Below are positions 24,581-41,660 of a stretch of DNA of 64,000 nt, in pieces; the stretch's first letter is position 1; each line of letters opens with the position of its first letter. Source of the DNA: the human T2T-CHM13v2.0 reference genome, Homo sapiens. The DNA lies in assembly GCF_009914755.1 (NCBI RefSeq), contig NC_060930.1; one strand, written 5' to 3'. Both the position numbers and the translations under genes were made by a program. The notes beneath the pieces are model-generated. The model saw only the letters and a program-made list of their open reading frames with translations, had not been told where the DNA came from and ran no database searches.

Positions 24581-25719
24581 TAGTTAGTATATATACCTGT
24601 AGGAAAAGTATTGTTCCTTCATCTGCTTTTTAAAGAGTAAATATTTATTGTGAGTATTTTATAAGCTTGGAGCTGTCTGACCAATATCCCCACTGAAAAA
24701 TTAGGCTGTGGTAAACATAGAAGAATCTGATTCCTGAGTAGGAAAATAAAACAAAGCCATAGGAGAAGCGATCCATAAAACTTAATGGAACTGTATATTA
24801 TCTTTGGGGGCTGTAGTAAAAAATGAATTTTAGTACACTAGAAATATAGATATTTTCCAATTATTGAAATAACCTATGGTTTTAAATGTTCACTCATTTT
24901 TAGTTTTATTTGATTTGAATTATTACTAAAAAGAACATGGATATACAAATGATATATGAGAAGTATCAGTGGAGAATGGAACAATGCACATGATCATTTT
25001 GAATTATGATTATAAAAGTTACCTTAGTTATATCAATGCTCTTCTAAATGTCTATTAATAGATATAATTTCTGATATTAGATAAGGCTATTTATTAGAAT
25101 ATCAATGATCAAAATTCAGTTTAGTAGCATTAATTTCAGGTACAACAATTATGTGCATTTTCCCAGGATTTGGCAAGGGATGACATATTTGACAAACTTG
25201 CAAATTGGCTGCATTAATAACTGGAAAAACTCAATACCAAATGTATGGTAATTATTTCCTCTAGGAAGTCTTGAAATAAACAAAACTTTATTATTGGCAA
25301 ATGGAGATGATAGACTAAGTCAACTATATGTAAACTGCAACCAGTAAAGATAAAATGTCCAGCCAAAAGGAAAGCAAACAAGATTTAGATAAATGAAATT
25401 GTAACATATATAAAATTTTGTCCTGGCCTTGTTGAGTGGACACTTTCTCTAAGAATTCAAGTAAGCAGTAAAGCTACATGGACCATCTGAAAGGTGTCTA
25501 TGGAAACTGAGTTTGAGATTTTTAGCTTTCCAGTTATTTCCAATTCTTATTGACTAGATGAATCCTTGAGACATATGAACCCAAGGATTAATTCTTATAA
25601 TTTAATTGCTGTATTGCTAGTTAAAATTAGCAGACAAGACACCTTGAAACAAGGTTCAAAAGTAGTCTTTCTCTGGCTCTTTTTCTGGTACACTAGATCA
25701 TCCATTATTAGATCAAACT

Positions 25720-25910
25720 ATGAGCCAATTAGTTAACATGAATAAATCTTTGTCTCACTCTGTGTACTAACACACACACACACACGCACACACACATGAT
25801 TATTGGTTCTGTTTTTCTGGAGAACCCTGACTAACAGACTTTTGTAGCAAGAGTAGTTTTAGAGAATCAGAATCTTAAGGATGAGTTTTCTGAATTTGTT
25901 GTGGGGTTTC
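25720..25910 (+). mobile_element. 3' end of the MLT2 5' LTR plus start of the ERV-L internal region
   Basis: 'aataaatct...(CA)n...tattggttctgtttttctggagaaccctgactaaca' followed by 'gacttttgtagcaagagtagttttagag', an ERV-L leader. Confidence 0.8.
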
Positions 25911-29106
<3,196 letters not shown>

Positions 29107-29495
29107 TGTGCTACTTTAATTTATGAGTCAACTAGGCTAGGCTGTGGTACACAGATGTTTGGTCAAGCTCCAGGATGGATTTTGCTGTGAGGGTATTTTG
29201 GTAGATGTGATTTGCATTTAAATCACTAGACTTTGAGTAGAGAAAATCAACCTTTACAAGATGGGTGGGTTTCATCCAATCAGTTGAATGCCTTAATAAA
29301 AAAAAAAATGAGGAAATTCTCAAGGAAGAAGAAATATTTCTTCCAGATGGTCTTTATAGAGTCTAGACTGCAACATCAACTCTCCCCTTAGTCTCAGTGT
29401 GCCAGCTTGAAGTGTATCGTGTAATCATCTGTTTCAACTTATTAAAATAAATCTCTCTCTTCAGTCAACGCACACACACACATGCACACACACAC
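29107..29495 (+). mobile_element. MLT2 (MLT2D-like) 3' LTR, 3'-truncated after the CA repeat
   Basis: 'tgtgctactttaatttatgagtcaactaggctaggc...gactttgagtag...gggtgggtttcatccaatcagttgaa'. Confidence 0.85.
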
Positions 29496-30275
29496 AATTG
29501 ATTTCCACCAAATGTCTAAGAAATAAAATTTTGTTTCTTTTTTCTCATAAATGGATTATGAGTGAGTGACATTTCCACTATTATTTTCTTAATCTAATGT
29601 GCCAATTGAGCAACTGAGTTATAGGATATAAGCTATCATATTTATTTTCACATATACATTTTTGTTATTCATGATCAATTTTACACAATCTATAAATAAA
29701 ATTTAAAACTAAAGTAAAACAAATAAACTATGTAGAATTTCAGTCTATGCAGTGTGTTTTTACTTTAAACGATACAATTTACCTGGTTCCCTAATTTTTT
29801 TTCTAGAAAGTTTAAACTATGGAATAAACATGATAGTAATTAATTAGGTAGGAGAAAAAAAGAAGAGTGAAGTTTGAAGAGATGAAAGAAGAAAAAAAGA
29901 AAGAAAGAAAAGAAGAAGCTGCGTATAAGACGAGGAAGCAGAAAGGTCAAGTTATTAGTAGTTAAGTAGTAAAATAAAAAATACAAAATTAAAAACCATG
30001 CATACTCCATAACACTGTACCTGTTCTTAGGTTTTTAATTTCCTTACCCTGTACCTTTGGATTTGTGATACTCTGAGTCAATATTGCAGAATTATTTTGC
30101 AACTCTTCTATTGTCAGTGCTCATTTTCACAATACCTGGCATAAAGATAGATTTAAAACAGGCACTGGTCATTGCAATGCTGTCATAAGACGTTATCCAA
30201 TGTTAAAGAGGTAACATTATAAAATCTGCAATACTTAAAATAATTCTGTTTGGATTACTTTCCCATTCCAACAAA

Positions 30276-30277
<2 letters not shown>

Positions 30278-30312
<35 letters not shown>

Positions 30313-30331
30313 CACACACACATACATACAC
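30278..30331. repeat. (CA)n microsatellite
   Basis: Direct reading. Confidence 0.95.
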
Positions 30332-30739
30332 CACTTCTTTTATGTAAACCCTAGTCTTCTTGAATTTGGTAGCTTAGAGTACCCTAAACTATTTAAGATT
30401 AGAGTGTATAGTCAGCTGAGCTTTGTGTCCTCTGCCATCAACATCACTATTCGTAAGAAAATTTTCCATTGTGTTATGATGCATGAGAAAAATCAGCTTC
30501 TCAATCTTCTTTCTCCCGTATGTTCCCAGAAGTGTCCTTCCCAAACTGATAGTTTCAAGAATGTCATAGAAAATATAGTGGGGAAAATGGTGAATAAGTA
30601 CAATGATGCTCAAGCAAATGCATGTGACAGACTTGATGCTATTTTATACTTCATGGTCTATAAATGCAATATTTTTCTTGAAAATGATGGTGCTGGCTTA
30701 TAAAGGGAAGAAGAAGAGGGAATAAGAGATTATATAGTG

Positions 30740-30920
30740 TAATGTTTATTGAGTACTTTATACCTTAGACAGGATGCTAACCACCTTATATATATCATTT
30801 TCTTTAATATTTGAATGAGGTCAAAACAATCATAATCTGAAATTTATAATTAAGAAGCTGAAAACTAGAGTAATAACTTATTCAATACCATATAAAAGAT
30901 GTGGTATCTATTTTTGCTCA
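30740..30920. mobile_element. MIR remnant
   Basis: 'tttattgagtactt...aagaagctgaaaactagag...taacttattcaatacca' resembles a decayed MIR core. Confidence 0.55.
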
Positions 30921-31299
30921 TTAATTCAGATATTAGTCTTTCAAATATATATGTTAATACGAAAGCGAAATTCTTGGAAAAGTATCCCGGTAATATGCTG
31001 GTGTTCTATGTTTCTATATCTTTGAAGAAATTGATTGAAGCTCCTTTTACTATAGTAGGGAAATTTTGCTCAAATAATTGGTTTACTAGAATTTACTAAA
31101 TATGAAAAAAATTGAGCTGAGATAATCTCATTTTACATTTCATCAAATAATTAATGATATTCATTAATCATTTATCAGAGAAAGAGACAAAAAGCATTGG
31201 CAAAGCATAGCTTCCTTAGTGACAGATATTATTTGAACTTCTTAAGGGTTCAGAAAATATTTATAATACCATGTTCGGGGAGCGTCCAGATAGAATTGC

Positions 31300-31665
31300 T
31301 CTCCCTATCACTGGAAAGATGGTCACATCCAAACCCAAACACACATTCTGCCAGTTTCAAATCTCAATAAAAAGAGACCATCTTTCTGAGAAGTACAGCA
31401 GTAAAGTTATACAGAAGACTCTGCTGGCTTAGCTTGGGTCATATGCCCTTTTCTGAGCCAATTATTTTTAGCTAGGAAGATAAAGTAAATGGAATAGCCT
31501 GTTGTTCCAGCCTATATATTTATTGCTGTCATAAGGCACCATGTTTATAATAACACAATTTCAAATCTCCCCAAATGAGTTTTCAAAATGAAAAGGAGTT
31601 CTATTATGAGAAGAAAGAAAGACAGCTACTGGATAGACAAAAAAACCAACAGATATCTGTAACCC
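31300..31665. mobile_element. Old MaLR LTR (MLT1J/K-like)
   Basis: 'gactctgctggcttagcttgggtcatatgccc' and terminal 'gacaaaaaaaccaacagatatc'. Confidence 0.5.
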
Positions 31666-32826
31666 TAGATTCCATGCATGAGGCAGACTCATTCACCAAC
31701 ATAGGCTTTCCTATTTTAGGGCTCACTTTCGCTCAGATTTAGTCCTCTACTCCATCATCTTCTTCCTCATCTGATTGGGTATCTACATCTGTGGTGCATA
31801 GAGCTATAAGTTTATGATGTTCTTCCTTGGCAGATAAATTGATTTTGGCTTGTTGTGTATGGTGGGCAGAGGGTAACTGTGGTGATGGCAAAATGCCAAA
31901 GAGTGTTACTTATTATTTGTATAGTGTATTACAACTTACAAAGCAAGACAAGTCACCAAATCTAATCAGATGATACGTTGGACACAAAGCATTCATTTAT
32001 TTGGAAACAATAAGAGATATCATAATGAGTTATTTTACTTATAATTACAAGCAAACTTTTTAAATATAGTTTTTCACTTAGACACTAAATGTCATAATAT
32101 GCCAGTTTCTATTACCTGTTCCAATATTTCTTCCTCCTCCTTCCAAGCAGGATATGTGGAAAGGTCAAAGATATCAGATTATCAGCATTACTCCAGACCA
32201 ATTTAATTCCTTTCTCAGCCAAGTGAAGTTAGGAGTTGATGTTTAAATCCTACTTCCATTTACAATTCTTCAACCATAAGAGCCAAACAGAATTACATCA
32301 AGTAAACAATAGGTTTAGCTATAGTAGCTTTTGGAATGCTTAATTTGTTAATAATAATATTTACATTGGAAAAATAAAACCGAAATAGTCTCTCTGTATA
32401 TTAAAACTTATTTCGAGTGACTGTTGCATACTGGAAATAGAGGAGATAAAAAATGTATTTGCTTAATGAATCACAGAATGCTAATTTAGATAATTAAAAA
32501 CTAATATCTTTCTACTTTTCCTAATGTATGCCAAACTAAATCTTTTACAACTAAATTATTTCAACTTGAAAGCATTTATTATATAAGGAAAATAGTTCTA
32601 AAATATTTTATTTATTTTTCCTTTCCAATATTATACTAATTATTTTAAGTTCAAGTGTAAGAGAAATAATACATTTTAAGTATATACATTGTTTTGGTGA
32701 ATATATTCCATAAAGGAATACAACTGGGCTTGATTATGGAGGACTGTCCAGGACAGATTACTGTCCAAACATCACTTCACAAAAAGCAGAGATACTCAGG
32801 AGGACAATAACTCCGACTGCTGTTTC

Positions 32827-32831
32827 GTTTC

Positions 32832-32862
<31 letters not shown>

Positions 32863-33142
32863 GAGACTGAGTCTTGCTCTGTCGCCCAGGCTGGAGTGCA
32901 GTAGCGCTGTCTCGGCTTACGGCAAGCTCCGCCTCCCAGGTTCACGCCATTCTCCCGCCTCAGCCTCCCAAGAGCTGGGACTACAGGCGCCGGCCACCAC
33001 GCCCGGCTAATATTTTGTATTTTTAGTAGAGATGGGGTTTCACCATGTTAGCCAGGATGGTCTTGATCTCCTGACCTCGTGATCCGCCAGCCTCGGCCTC
33101 CCAAAGTGCTAGGATTACAGGCGTGAGCCACCGCGCCTGGCC
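32827..33142 (-). mobile_element. AluY, full length
   Basis: Dimeric and CpG-rich, with diagnostics 'caagctccgcctccc' and 'ttcacgccattctc'; long poly(T). TSD: ccgactgctgtttc (32813-32826) / ccggctgctgtttc (33143-33156). Confidence 0.93.
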
Positions 33143-34849
33143 CCGGCTGCTGTTTCTTGTGTGTTTTCTCCCTAGTTCCAGGAGCAAGAAAAAACTGACC
33201 TCTTATTTTAGTCCCAAGGCAATTTCAGAATGAGTTTCATCCAGGGTAACTCAGGATTTTTCTCAGATGGGGCTTGTAGAACATGACAGAAAGCTCCAAT
33301 TAACCTAAGATCCTAAAGGCTACAAATTCAAGGAAAACAATTTTTTTCCCAATTTAAGCATAAATCTCGCTCAAAATGGGACTGAGTCAGTCTCCTAAGG
33401 CATTCATAATGCTTGTGCTTTCTCTGAGAAATACATAGATTTAAATTAAACGTACTTCAGAAATTGACAAGAAATCACTTGTGATGATTGGAGAAAAAAT
33501 GAACACATCACCCACTACAGTATCTTTTAATTTCGATATTAAACATTGATATAGTGTGTTATAGTATTGATGATAACTTTATGTTATTTGGATAGATTAT
33601 CAATGAACAAGTTACACTTCTAAGTAATCACCTGCTGGATTAGTGTTATGTGAAAACACCGCAATAACATTTTGTATTAAAATATGTCATCAAAGTTCAG
33701 TTTTTGTTAAGAATATGTTTACAAAATAAATTTCATCACTTTACATACATACACATTTTATATTAAATGTCTAGAAACTTCATCTTATGGGAAAGAAACT
33801 AATATCTTAGGTATTGCCACTTTAGATATCTCTGCCCAATTCACTTCTTGACTTCAGCATATTCCACAGTAGACAAGGTAGCTCTTGACCGAATCTGCTT
33901 CCATTTTATTTACCTCAATTTTTTATTATCATTATCATTCTGCTTAAATATCTTTAGCATTTCTTCAGGGACTCCAAATTGAATACATCTGTCAAAATTC
34001 AAGATCCCCATTAATCTCTCAGTACTACTCCATAATTATTTTAAAGCATTCAAATGGTCACAGACAGATATAGGAGTAGAAAGTTCCTCCTTAGAAAGAG
34101 ATTGACATACTGTTGGACAGAATAATAGTGACTTTAAAATGTAATTTAAAAAAATTGTGAGTGTGGGCTGCAATGCTTATGGGTATTTTTAATTTGTCTC
34201 ATGAAGCTGCATATGTCCTATTTATATGGCTTATGAATGGTATAACTCCACTTGTTATTAAACAGACATAGGGGTTAGGATTATATTTATCCAAGAGACC
34301 CAGGAATTATACTCGAAAACTGGAATGGCACAACCAACCCTAAGTACTGAGGTTGCTTCCAATGGATGGGCAGATAGATTAGATAGATGGATGGATAGAT
34401 AGATAATTTTTAAAATACTTAACAGAGCATTGTTGAACCAAGCTGTGCTTTGAATCCAAACGCAGAACTTCAATATAGAGCTATTGTTTTGACTGTATAG
34501 ACCTTGACTGCATAGACTACCTGGCACAGATTTTTTTTAACAAGTTTGGAGGTATTCTAACTTCCAAAGATGAACCAAGTAAATATCTGCTACTTTTTCC
34601 AAAAACGCTCCTAATATGAAAGCTCATTATTGCAATGGTATAAAATGCCAAGTCCTCTAGCCCCAAGCAAATGGAGATGAAAAGGTAATATGCAAATATA
34701 AGTGTTTCATAAAATTTTTATTATTAAGCTAACCTTGGCCTGACTTTTGGTATCTGTTTCTATTAAGATTTTTTTCTATAAAATATTTTACTAATAGGAT
34801 CTTAATATAAACAGTTTTACTCTTTCTTAAATACAAGAAATTTGGAAAA

Positions 34850-35290
34850 GTTCAAAACCAGGATTGGATATTTTATTTTATTCTATCCTCAAATTCCAAA
34901 GGTCTTCCTCTTTATTCAACATTTTAGTCATATCTACCCCAATGATAGTTGCAGTGTGAAGCATTACATCCTCATAGAATAGGGCACCAAGCAGGGAAAA
35001 AAGTTGATGAGTCCAAAGAACAAACATCTTTTTGTGCTTTTTTTTTATTAGTGACAAAAAAAGTTCCTATATCCTATACTTTGCTTAGCCCAGCAGACTG
35101 TTTTATACATTTCATTGATCAGATGTGGGTCATATACTTGTCACATACTGGAACAGAAGAAGAAGGTTCCTTCCCCTGGCTGGATTGGATAAATTATCAT
35201 TCTACTTTTGGGACTGGGCACTGTTATTACTGTTCCATCCCTCCCCCTTTAAACATCAATCATGAATTTGCTAATAGGAATAAAAAGACT
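34850..35290. mobile_element. Old MaLR LTR (MLT1-like)
   Basis: 'cccagcagactg...ttcattgatcagatgtgggtcatatac' MLT1-type motif. Confidence 0.45.
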
Positions 35291-37199
35291 CACACACAAA
35301 GTCTATCAAAAGAATATTGTCATGGAGATGCTGATTTTTAAAAAAAAGGTATTGAGCAGATACAAACAGATGGAGCTTATGGTCTTCTGACTCCCCCAGC
35401 CATATAGAAGCAAAGGAGAGCACAAAAATGAAATGTATAATAACTAAGGAAACTATAAATTTTGAAACAGACACATGTAGACAGAGTGGTCTATACACTA
35501 TTTTTACACTAGGTTCTAACTCATTCTTAGTTCTGTATCGAAAAGAAAGGAAACCCTTGGAATTTTCTTAGGATTTGACAAATGGTACCATACAAAGGTG
35601 AAGCAAAAATATCTTTTACATCACTTCTACTGTAGTTAATAATGGAACACAGGACAGGAAGGTACTATAGAGTAAAAAACTTTTAAAAAATTAGAAATAG
35701 TTTGCCCTTCAGTAGCCAAAATCTTTTCCAGCATTGTAGTGCAGAAAAATAAATGCCTCAAAGATATTAATATGCAGCTGTAGCACATACATATCCACTG
35801 AAATAGGAAATAATTTAGCTTCATTAAACAACTGCCTGTAAAAAGAGATGAAAATTGAACTAAAACAATATTCTTTAGAAATGATTTATTTTCACAAAAT
35901 GCTAAAAGTCATATCTACCCCAGCTACAAGTATTCTTTGGGATAGTAGGAAGAAAGTTGTTTGGAGTTCAAAGGAAGTAAAATTGTCACGCAAACTCAAA
36001 ATGCGTTTGAATGGAAGATACATATTTACACACAAACCCATATGCATGCATACATACACACACATAGGGGACACCATCCTGGCTCTTTCCTCTTTCCTGT
36101 TCCTTGCCCACAACGGATTTTGTGACCTCTTGGAAATCAGAAATATATGTTTCTCTTAATGTTGGCATCATAATATTTTATTCTTTAGCCAAAATAGTTG
36201 ATGTACTTACTGAATTGAGAATTGAGGAGAATTCACTAATTTGTTTGGTTGCTAATATTCACCCACTGAATGAACCAACGTCAGGAAAGCTAGAGAAATC
36301 TCAGCTTTCTCCAGAGTTAAGAGCATAGCCCCAGATGCCAATTAAAGAGAATCTATCTCTGCCTAGCAGAGATAATACTGTAGACTGATAATGAATTATA
36401 TTTAAGGTATGAGGGGCTTGGAAACCATCAATGTGCAGGAAGTTGTATAATTCAAGCTTTAGAAAAATGACCATGGATTAACATGCATGTCTATGGCTTC
36501 AGCAACATCAGTAACATCAGATTGCATTATCTGAACCCTAATGGGAGGAACCACTCTTGCAGCTGAGAGAAGGGGTTGATATTTCTGATCAAGTAAATAG
36601 TTGTTTATTTATTTCAGTTATTTTAGGCATGCAATGAGGTTGCCATGAATTAGAGTGGATAAAATACCAGTTCTCTCTGTGAAACAGTGATTCAGTAGAC
36701 ATAGAACTCAAAGGCATGAGAATTCTAAGATATGAGAAACCTGGAATCATTTCAGTAGTTATAACCCAATAACCAGCTTTGAGAGCAACATTACTATCAG
36801 AAAATGAATAGATGGTCCCCATTTTGGATTGTTGGCAGCTCTGAGCAAGACAGTAGGTATTGCAACTGTTTCAGTCAGATTCATTAGCCAGGTCAGCAGA
36901 AAAATAACAGAGCATGGATATTGGGCAGGATCCTGAGGAACCTCAGCATATGCACACCTGGGGCACTGAGCTGAAGAATCTATGAAATGCTTGGTGAGCA
37001 ATGTAAGGAGTTAATAACTTCTGAAAAGTAGGACAGTGGGTGTTCATATAGAAATAATCTGTCCCTGTATTTTGTAGTAATAAGCAATTTAGGTCAAAGA
37101 TATATAAACTAAATTGCAACCTCTCATATATGATGACTTTTAGCCCCCTTATCTATTTAATTTTTCCCCCTCAAAATTAATTGATACAAAATATGATAC

Positions 37200-37320
37200 A
37201 CATTTTATTAATTGATGTAATTTTTTGTCTACCTCCCCTATTAGCATATAAATTGCTTGAAGGCTAGGACTTTTCTTTGATTTATTCATTTCTCTGTTTT
37301 ATTCTTCTATAACAGACTAA
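37200..37320 (+). mobile_element. L2 3'-end remnant
   Basis: 'tgtctacctcccctattagcatataaattgcttgaaggctaggact'. Confidence 0.55.
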
Positions 37321-37615
37321 GTAATCAACAGCATTAAGCTAGAAATTAATAGAACTATACCCGTAGAATTTCCAAATATTGGAAAATTTAAAAAAAAACT
37401 TCTAAATAACTCATGTACAAGAAGAAATCATAAGAGAAATTACAAAATATTTCAAGTTGAATAATGATGAAAACACAGCACATTAAAATCTGTAACATGT
37501 AGCCAAAGTAGTCTTAGAGGAAAAGATGTGGATATGGATTGAATTTGTTATATTATAAATACATAAAGTTTTAAAATCATTGACTTAGGATTACATCCTA
37601 AGAAGTAAGTAAGGC
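37321..37615 (+). mobile_element. Old L1ME-like ORF2 fragment (host; resumes at about 45580-46100)
   Basis: Sense ORF2 'ttaagctagaaattaat...cttctaaataactcatg...gccaaagtagtcttagaggaaa'. Confidence 0.65.
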
Positions 37616-37899
37616 TTCTGAAAGGGTAACATCAGCAAAATGGCATAATAGACTTTCCAGCATTTTTCCCCTGGCAGAAACATCAACTTGAACAACTATC
37701 CACACATGAAAATGCCTTCATAATATCTCAGAAATTCAGGTAATGGATTACAGTATGTGAGTATAGCACAGAAAAAAGGAAAAGACAGATTAAGGAAAGT
37801 ATGAGGGAAAATTTCACATTACCCTTGTCACTCCCTCTGCAAAGTCAGAGCACCACAGCACAGAGATATTCTCCATCTGGAGGAAAGACAGTGAAGTGA

Positions 37900-39430
37900 G
37901 CACCTCTTTTTTGCCACAGACCCCTGGACCAGACATGCCTTAGTGAAACCCAGTGCAAGGTTATTCCTCGACAGCCCCAGTTTTCAGGCCCACCATAGAA
38001 TTAGCCTGGCCCTAGGCCACAGGTTCAGTCTCTGCAGATTCGGGTCAAGGCCCACCATGGCTCCAGTTCAGCCCTAGCACCTGCCTGGCATCTGAAGCTC
38101 CAAATTCAAGGCCAGTACCAGTGGACCTTGCCTCCTGGCCATCCCAAGCACTAGGCTGTCACACAGAGACTGAGCTCCAAGGAAGCTGCTGCAGCTCTAG
38201 TCTCCAGGCAAGTACCCATGGTCCCAGGTTTTGAGATCCACCCCAGATGCAGGCTAGTTCCTTAAGCCCTAGGCTAATGACCAAAATTTGAGGCTCCACA
38301 CTGGCTCCCACAGTCACAGACTTCAGGTCAGCACAAGAAGACCCATATTCCAGATCCACCCCATCACCAGGCCAGCTCTCACAGCTCCAGACTCCAGTAC
38401 AGGACCCATAGACCGCATATTTAGGCTGCTATCCATGAATCCAGGTTCCAGGCAGGTAGCTCCAGCCCCTGACTCCGGGACAAGCCTGCAGATTCAAGAT
38501 CCATACTACTACCTGTGGTCATAGGCTTCAGGCTTGCTCCAGTGCCAGCCAATCCCCCTTCAACCCCAGACTATTGTATGGTATTCACAGACTTCAGCTC
38601 CAGTCTGGCTGCCAATGACCTAAATAACCACTCAGCATATGTGTACCAAACATCAGGGCTGGGCCCCACAGATACAGGCACCAGACCAGCCTAGTACCAG
38701 ATTGGCCCCTGTGAGTCTACGATCTAGCAGACACAGGGTCTAGGCCCTCTCTAGCAGACCCGGTGTCAAGGCCTGCCCCCCCTGACACCAGACCAATCTC
38801 CATGGACCTAGGTTCCAGGATCACCGCTACATATTAGGCTGGCTTGTCCTTGCAGTTGGGACCCAGGTTCACCCCAGCAGAACCAGCCTTCAGGTCTACT
38901 CAAAAACAGGCCAGCCTTGGTTTCCCCAGGCTCCAGGCCAGCCCCCTAGAGACCTAGCCTGCAGACCAGTACCTACAGATACATCCTCAGGTCAGCCCTT
39001 GTGGACCCATACCTCAGGCTTGCCCCCACAGCTCCAGGTAACAGGTCAGCTCCCCACTCCCAAATTCTAGACAAGCGCCCACAGACCCAGGCTCCAGGCT
39101 AACCCCAACATCAGGCCTTCTCTGGGCTCCAGGTTATTTCCCATAGCTCTAGTCCCAGAGGACCCAGGGTTCCAGGCCCACTCTAGCAAACTCAAGGTCT
39201 GGGGCCCCTAGTAGTCCCCATAACTAGGCTGCTTCCCACAGACCCAGGCTCCATGCCAGCTACTGTGAACTCAGGACCCAAGCTTCAGGACCTCCACAGG
39301 GGACCCAGTTTCCAGGCCCAACCTCACATTTCCAAGCCCCAGGCTGGCCTCTATGAACTCAGGCTACAGGCCTGCCCAACTGCTTACCAAGGCATCAAGC
39401 CAGTCTGCCTGAGAACTCTAGTGGCAAGTC
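37900..39430 (+). repeat. Degenerate C-rich tandem array in the L1M 5' region
   Basis: Recurrent GACCCAGGYTCCAGGCC-like units, e.g. at 39084, 39161, 39241 and 39302. Confidence 0.75.
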
Positions 39431-39911
39431 TGCCTATGAACCTCACCAGATAATCTACCCAGAATGTGTGGACAGGTTGACTTTTGGAAGGTTTTACCTG
39501 ACACATCCAGTCTGTAGAGGCTAGAGTGAATGTCTGTTTCTTCTAATGTGCAGACATGAATGCATGGGCACAAGGATTACAAATAATCAGGAAAACATGA
39601 AACCACCAAAGAACAAAAGAAGGCACAAGTGAGCAACCCTAAAGGAATGGAGATTTACAAATTGCCTGATAAAGAATTCAAAATAATCATCTTAAAGAAG
39701 CCCTGTGAGCAACAAGAGATGACTAATAGATAACTAAATGAAATCAAGAAAACAATATATTAGCAAAACGAGAAGGTAAAGAAAAAGGAACTATAAAATA
39801 AAACCAAACAAAAAATTTTAAGCTAAAGAACAGGATGACTGAACTGAAAACTTCCATAGAGAGCTTCAAAAGCTGATTTGACTAAATATAAAGAGATTTT
39901 CACTGAGACTC

Positions 39912-40312
39912 TGAAATAGTTTGGATGAGTGTATCTCCAAATCTGATGTTGAAATGTTATCCACAATGTTAGTAGGGCCTGGTTGGAGGTGTTTGGGTCA
40001 CGAGGGCAGATCCCTCATGAATGGCATGGTGCTCTCCTCATGATAGTGAGTGAGTCATCATGCAATCTGGTTGTTTCAAAGTGTGTGGCATCTATCTTTT
40101 TCTTCATACCACTCTGCCATGTGATGGGCTGGCTCCCCCTTTGCCTTCAACCATGACTGAAAACTTTCTGAGGTCTCTCTAGAAGCCAAGTGGATATTGG
40201 CACAATGTTTCCTGTACAGCCTGCAGAACTGTGAGCCAATTAAACCTCTTTTCTTTATAAATTGCCCAATCTCAACTATTTCTTTATGGAAATGCAATAA
40301 TGGGCTAATACA
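39912..40312 (+). mobile_element. MST (MSTB-like) MaLR solo LTR inserted in L1 ORF1
   Basis: 'tgaaatagtttgg...cagcctgcagaactgtgagccaattaaacctcttttc...gctaataca'; 5-bp TSD gactc/gacac. Confidence 0.9.
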
Positions 40313-41532
40313 GACACATTATAATAAAAATTACATAATTCAAGGACAAAGAGGATTTTGAAAGCAGCAAGAGAAAAGCAAAACATTACACACAAGAAAC
40401 TATTCATAGAATATCAGTGGACTTTTCATCAGAAACCTGCAGGGCAGGGAAGAGTGGAATAATATATTCAAAGTACTGAAAAAGAAACCTGTCAAGTAAG
40501 AATATAACTGTCAGGAGTATATTGCAGAAATGAAGGAGAGATAAGGACTTTTCCAGACAAACAAAAGCTGTGGGAGTTTATCACCACTACATCTGTCTTA
40601 GAATAAACTCTAAAGGGAGTTATTGATGTTGAAATAAGAGGTCACTAAAAAGCAAAATGAAAACATATGAAAGTATGAAACTGTAAAGGTAAGAATACAG
40701 ATAGTGCATGACTTAGGATATGGTTACATCTATATAAACTCATTGTAAGTAGAAAAGCACTTGTAATATTCTAATATTGTAAGGGTGGTGCATTAATCAC
40801 TTTCAACTCTAGCATGAAAGTTAAAAGACAAAATACTTTAGTATAAAAGTTAAAGGGCAAAGATAAAAATAATTATAACTATAGTAACAATAGATACATG
40901 ATTTAAAAATATGTAAAATATGATTCAATATTTTTAAATCTGGGGCAAAAATAAGTTAAAGTGTGGAGTTTCTGCATATAGTGAAAGTTAAATGTAAGCA
41001 GCTTAAAATAGATTGTTATAACTGTAAAATATTTTATAAACGCCTCATGGCAACCACAAATAAAAAAATACTGTAGTAGATATGCAAAAGATAAAAAGAA
41101 ATTTTGATTCCCTTCTTTTGCATTGTCACAAAAAATTATAAAATGAAAAAGGAAGAATGAAACAAAGTGATTACATTAACAGTCAGAAAAGAATTAACAA
41201 AATGGCAGTAGTGAGTCCTTACCTACCAATAGTTGCTTTATATGTGAATAAATTAAATTATCCAATCAATTAAAAGATGTAGAGTGAATTAACAGATAAA
41301 AAACAAGATCCACCTATATAATATTTAGAAGACACTGACTTTTTAGCTTTAAGGACACAGGCTGTCAGTGAAGGGATGGCAAAAGTTATTCCATTAAAAT
41401 GGTAAAAAAAAAAATAGAGTTGGGGTGGCTATACTTAAACAAAATATACTACAAGTAAGAAGCTGTCAACAGACACAAAGAAAGCCATTAAATAATGATA
41501 AATAAGTCAATATATCAAGAGGAAAAAGGTGT

Positions 41533-41660
41533 GTTGTTTGGCATGGTGGCACATGCCTGTAGTCCCAGCTACTGGGAAGGCTGAGGCAGGAGGATGGCTT
41601 GAACCCAGAGGTTCAAGTCCAACCCTGGAAACAGAGTAAAACCTCATTTCTAAAACTAAC
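41533..41660 (+). mobile_element. FLAM_A-like Alu monomer
   Basis: 'ggcatggtggcacatgcctgtagtcccagctact...ggttcaagtccaaccctggaaacagagtaaaacctcatttct'. Confidence 0.75.

Noticed and set aside
31145-31173. 13-bp imperfect hairpin
   Set aside because: Almost all A/T with a mismatch; expected by chance in this composition
30389-36328. Scattered 60-130 aa ORFs in unique sequence
   Set aside because: No recognisable domains or consistent strand, and some overlap MLT1/MIR remnants
41533-41660. Possible BC200 or 7SL RNA gene
   Set aside because: Decayed Alu monomer lacking the BC200 unique 3' domain and the 7SL S domain
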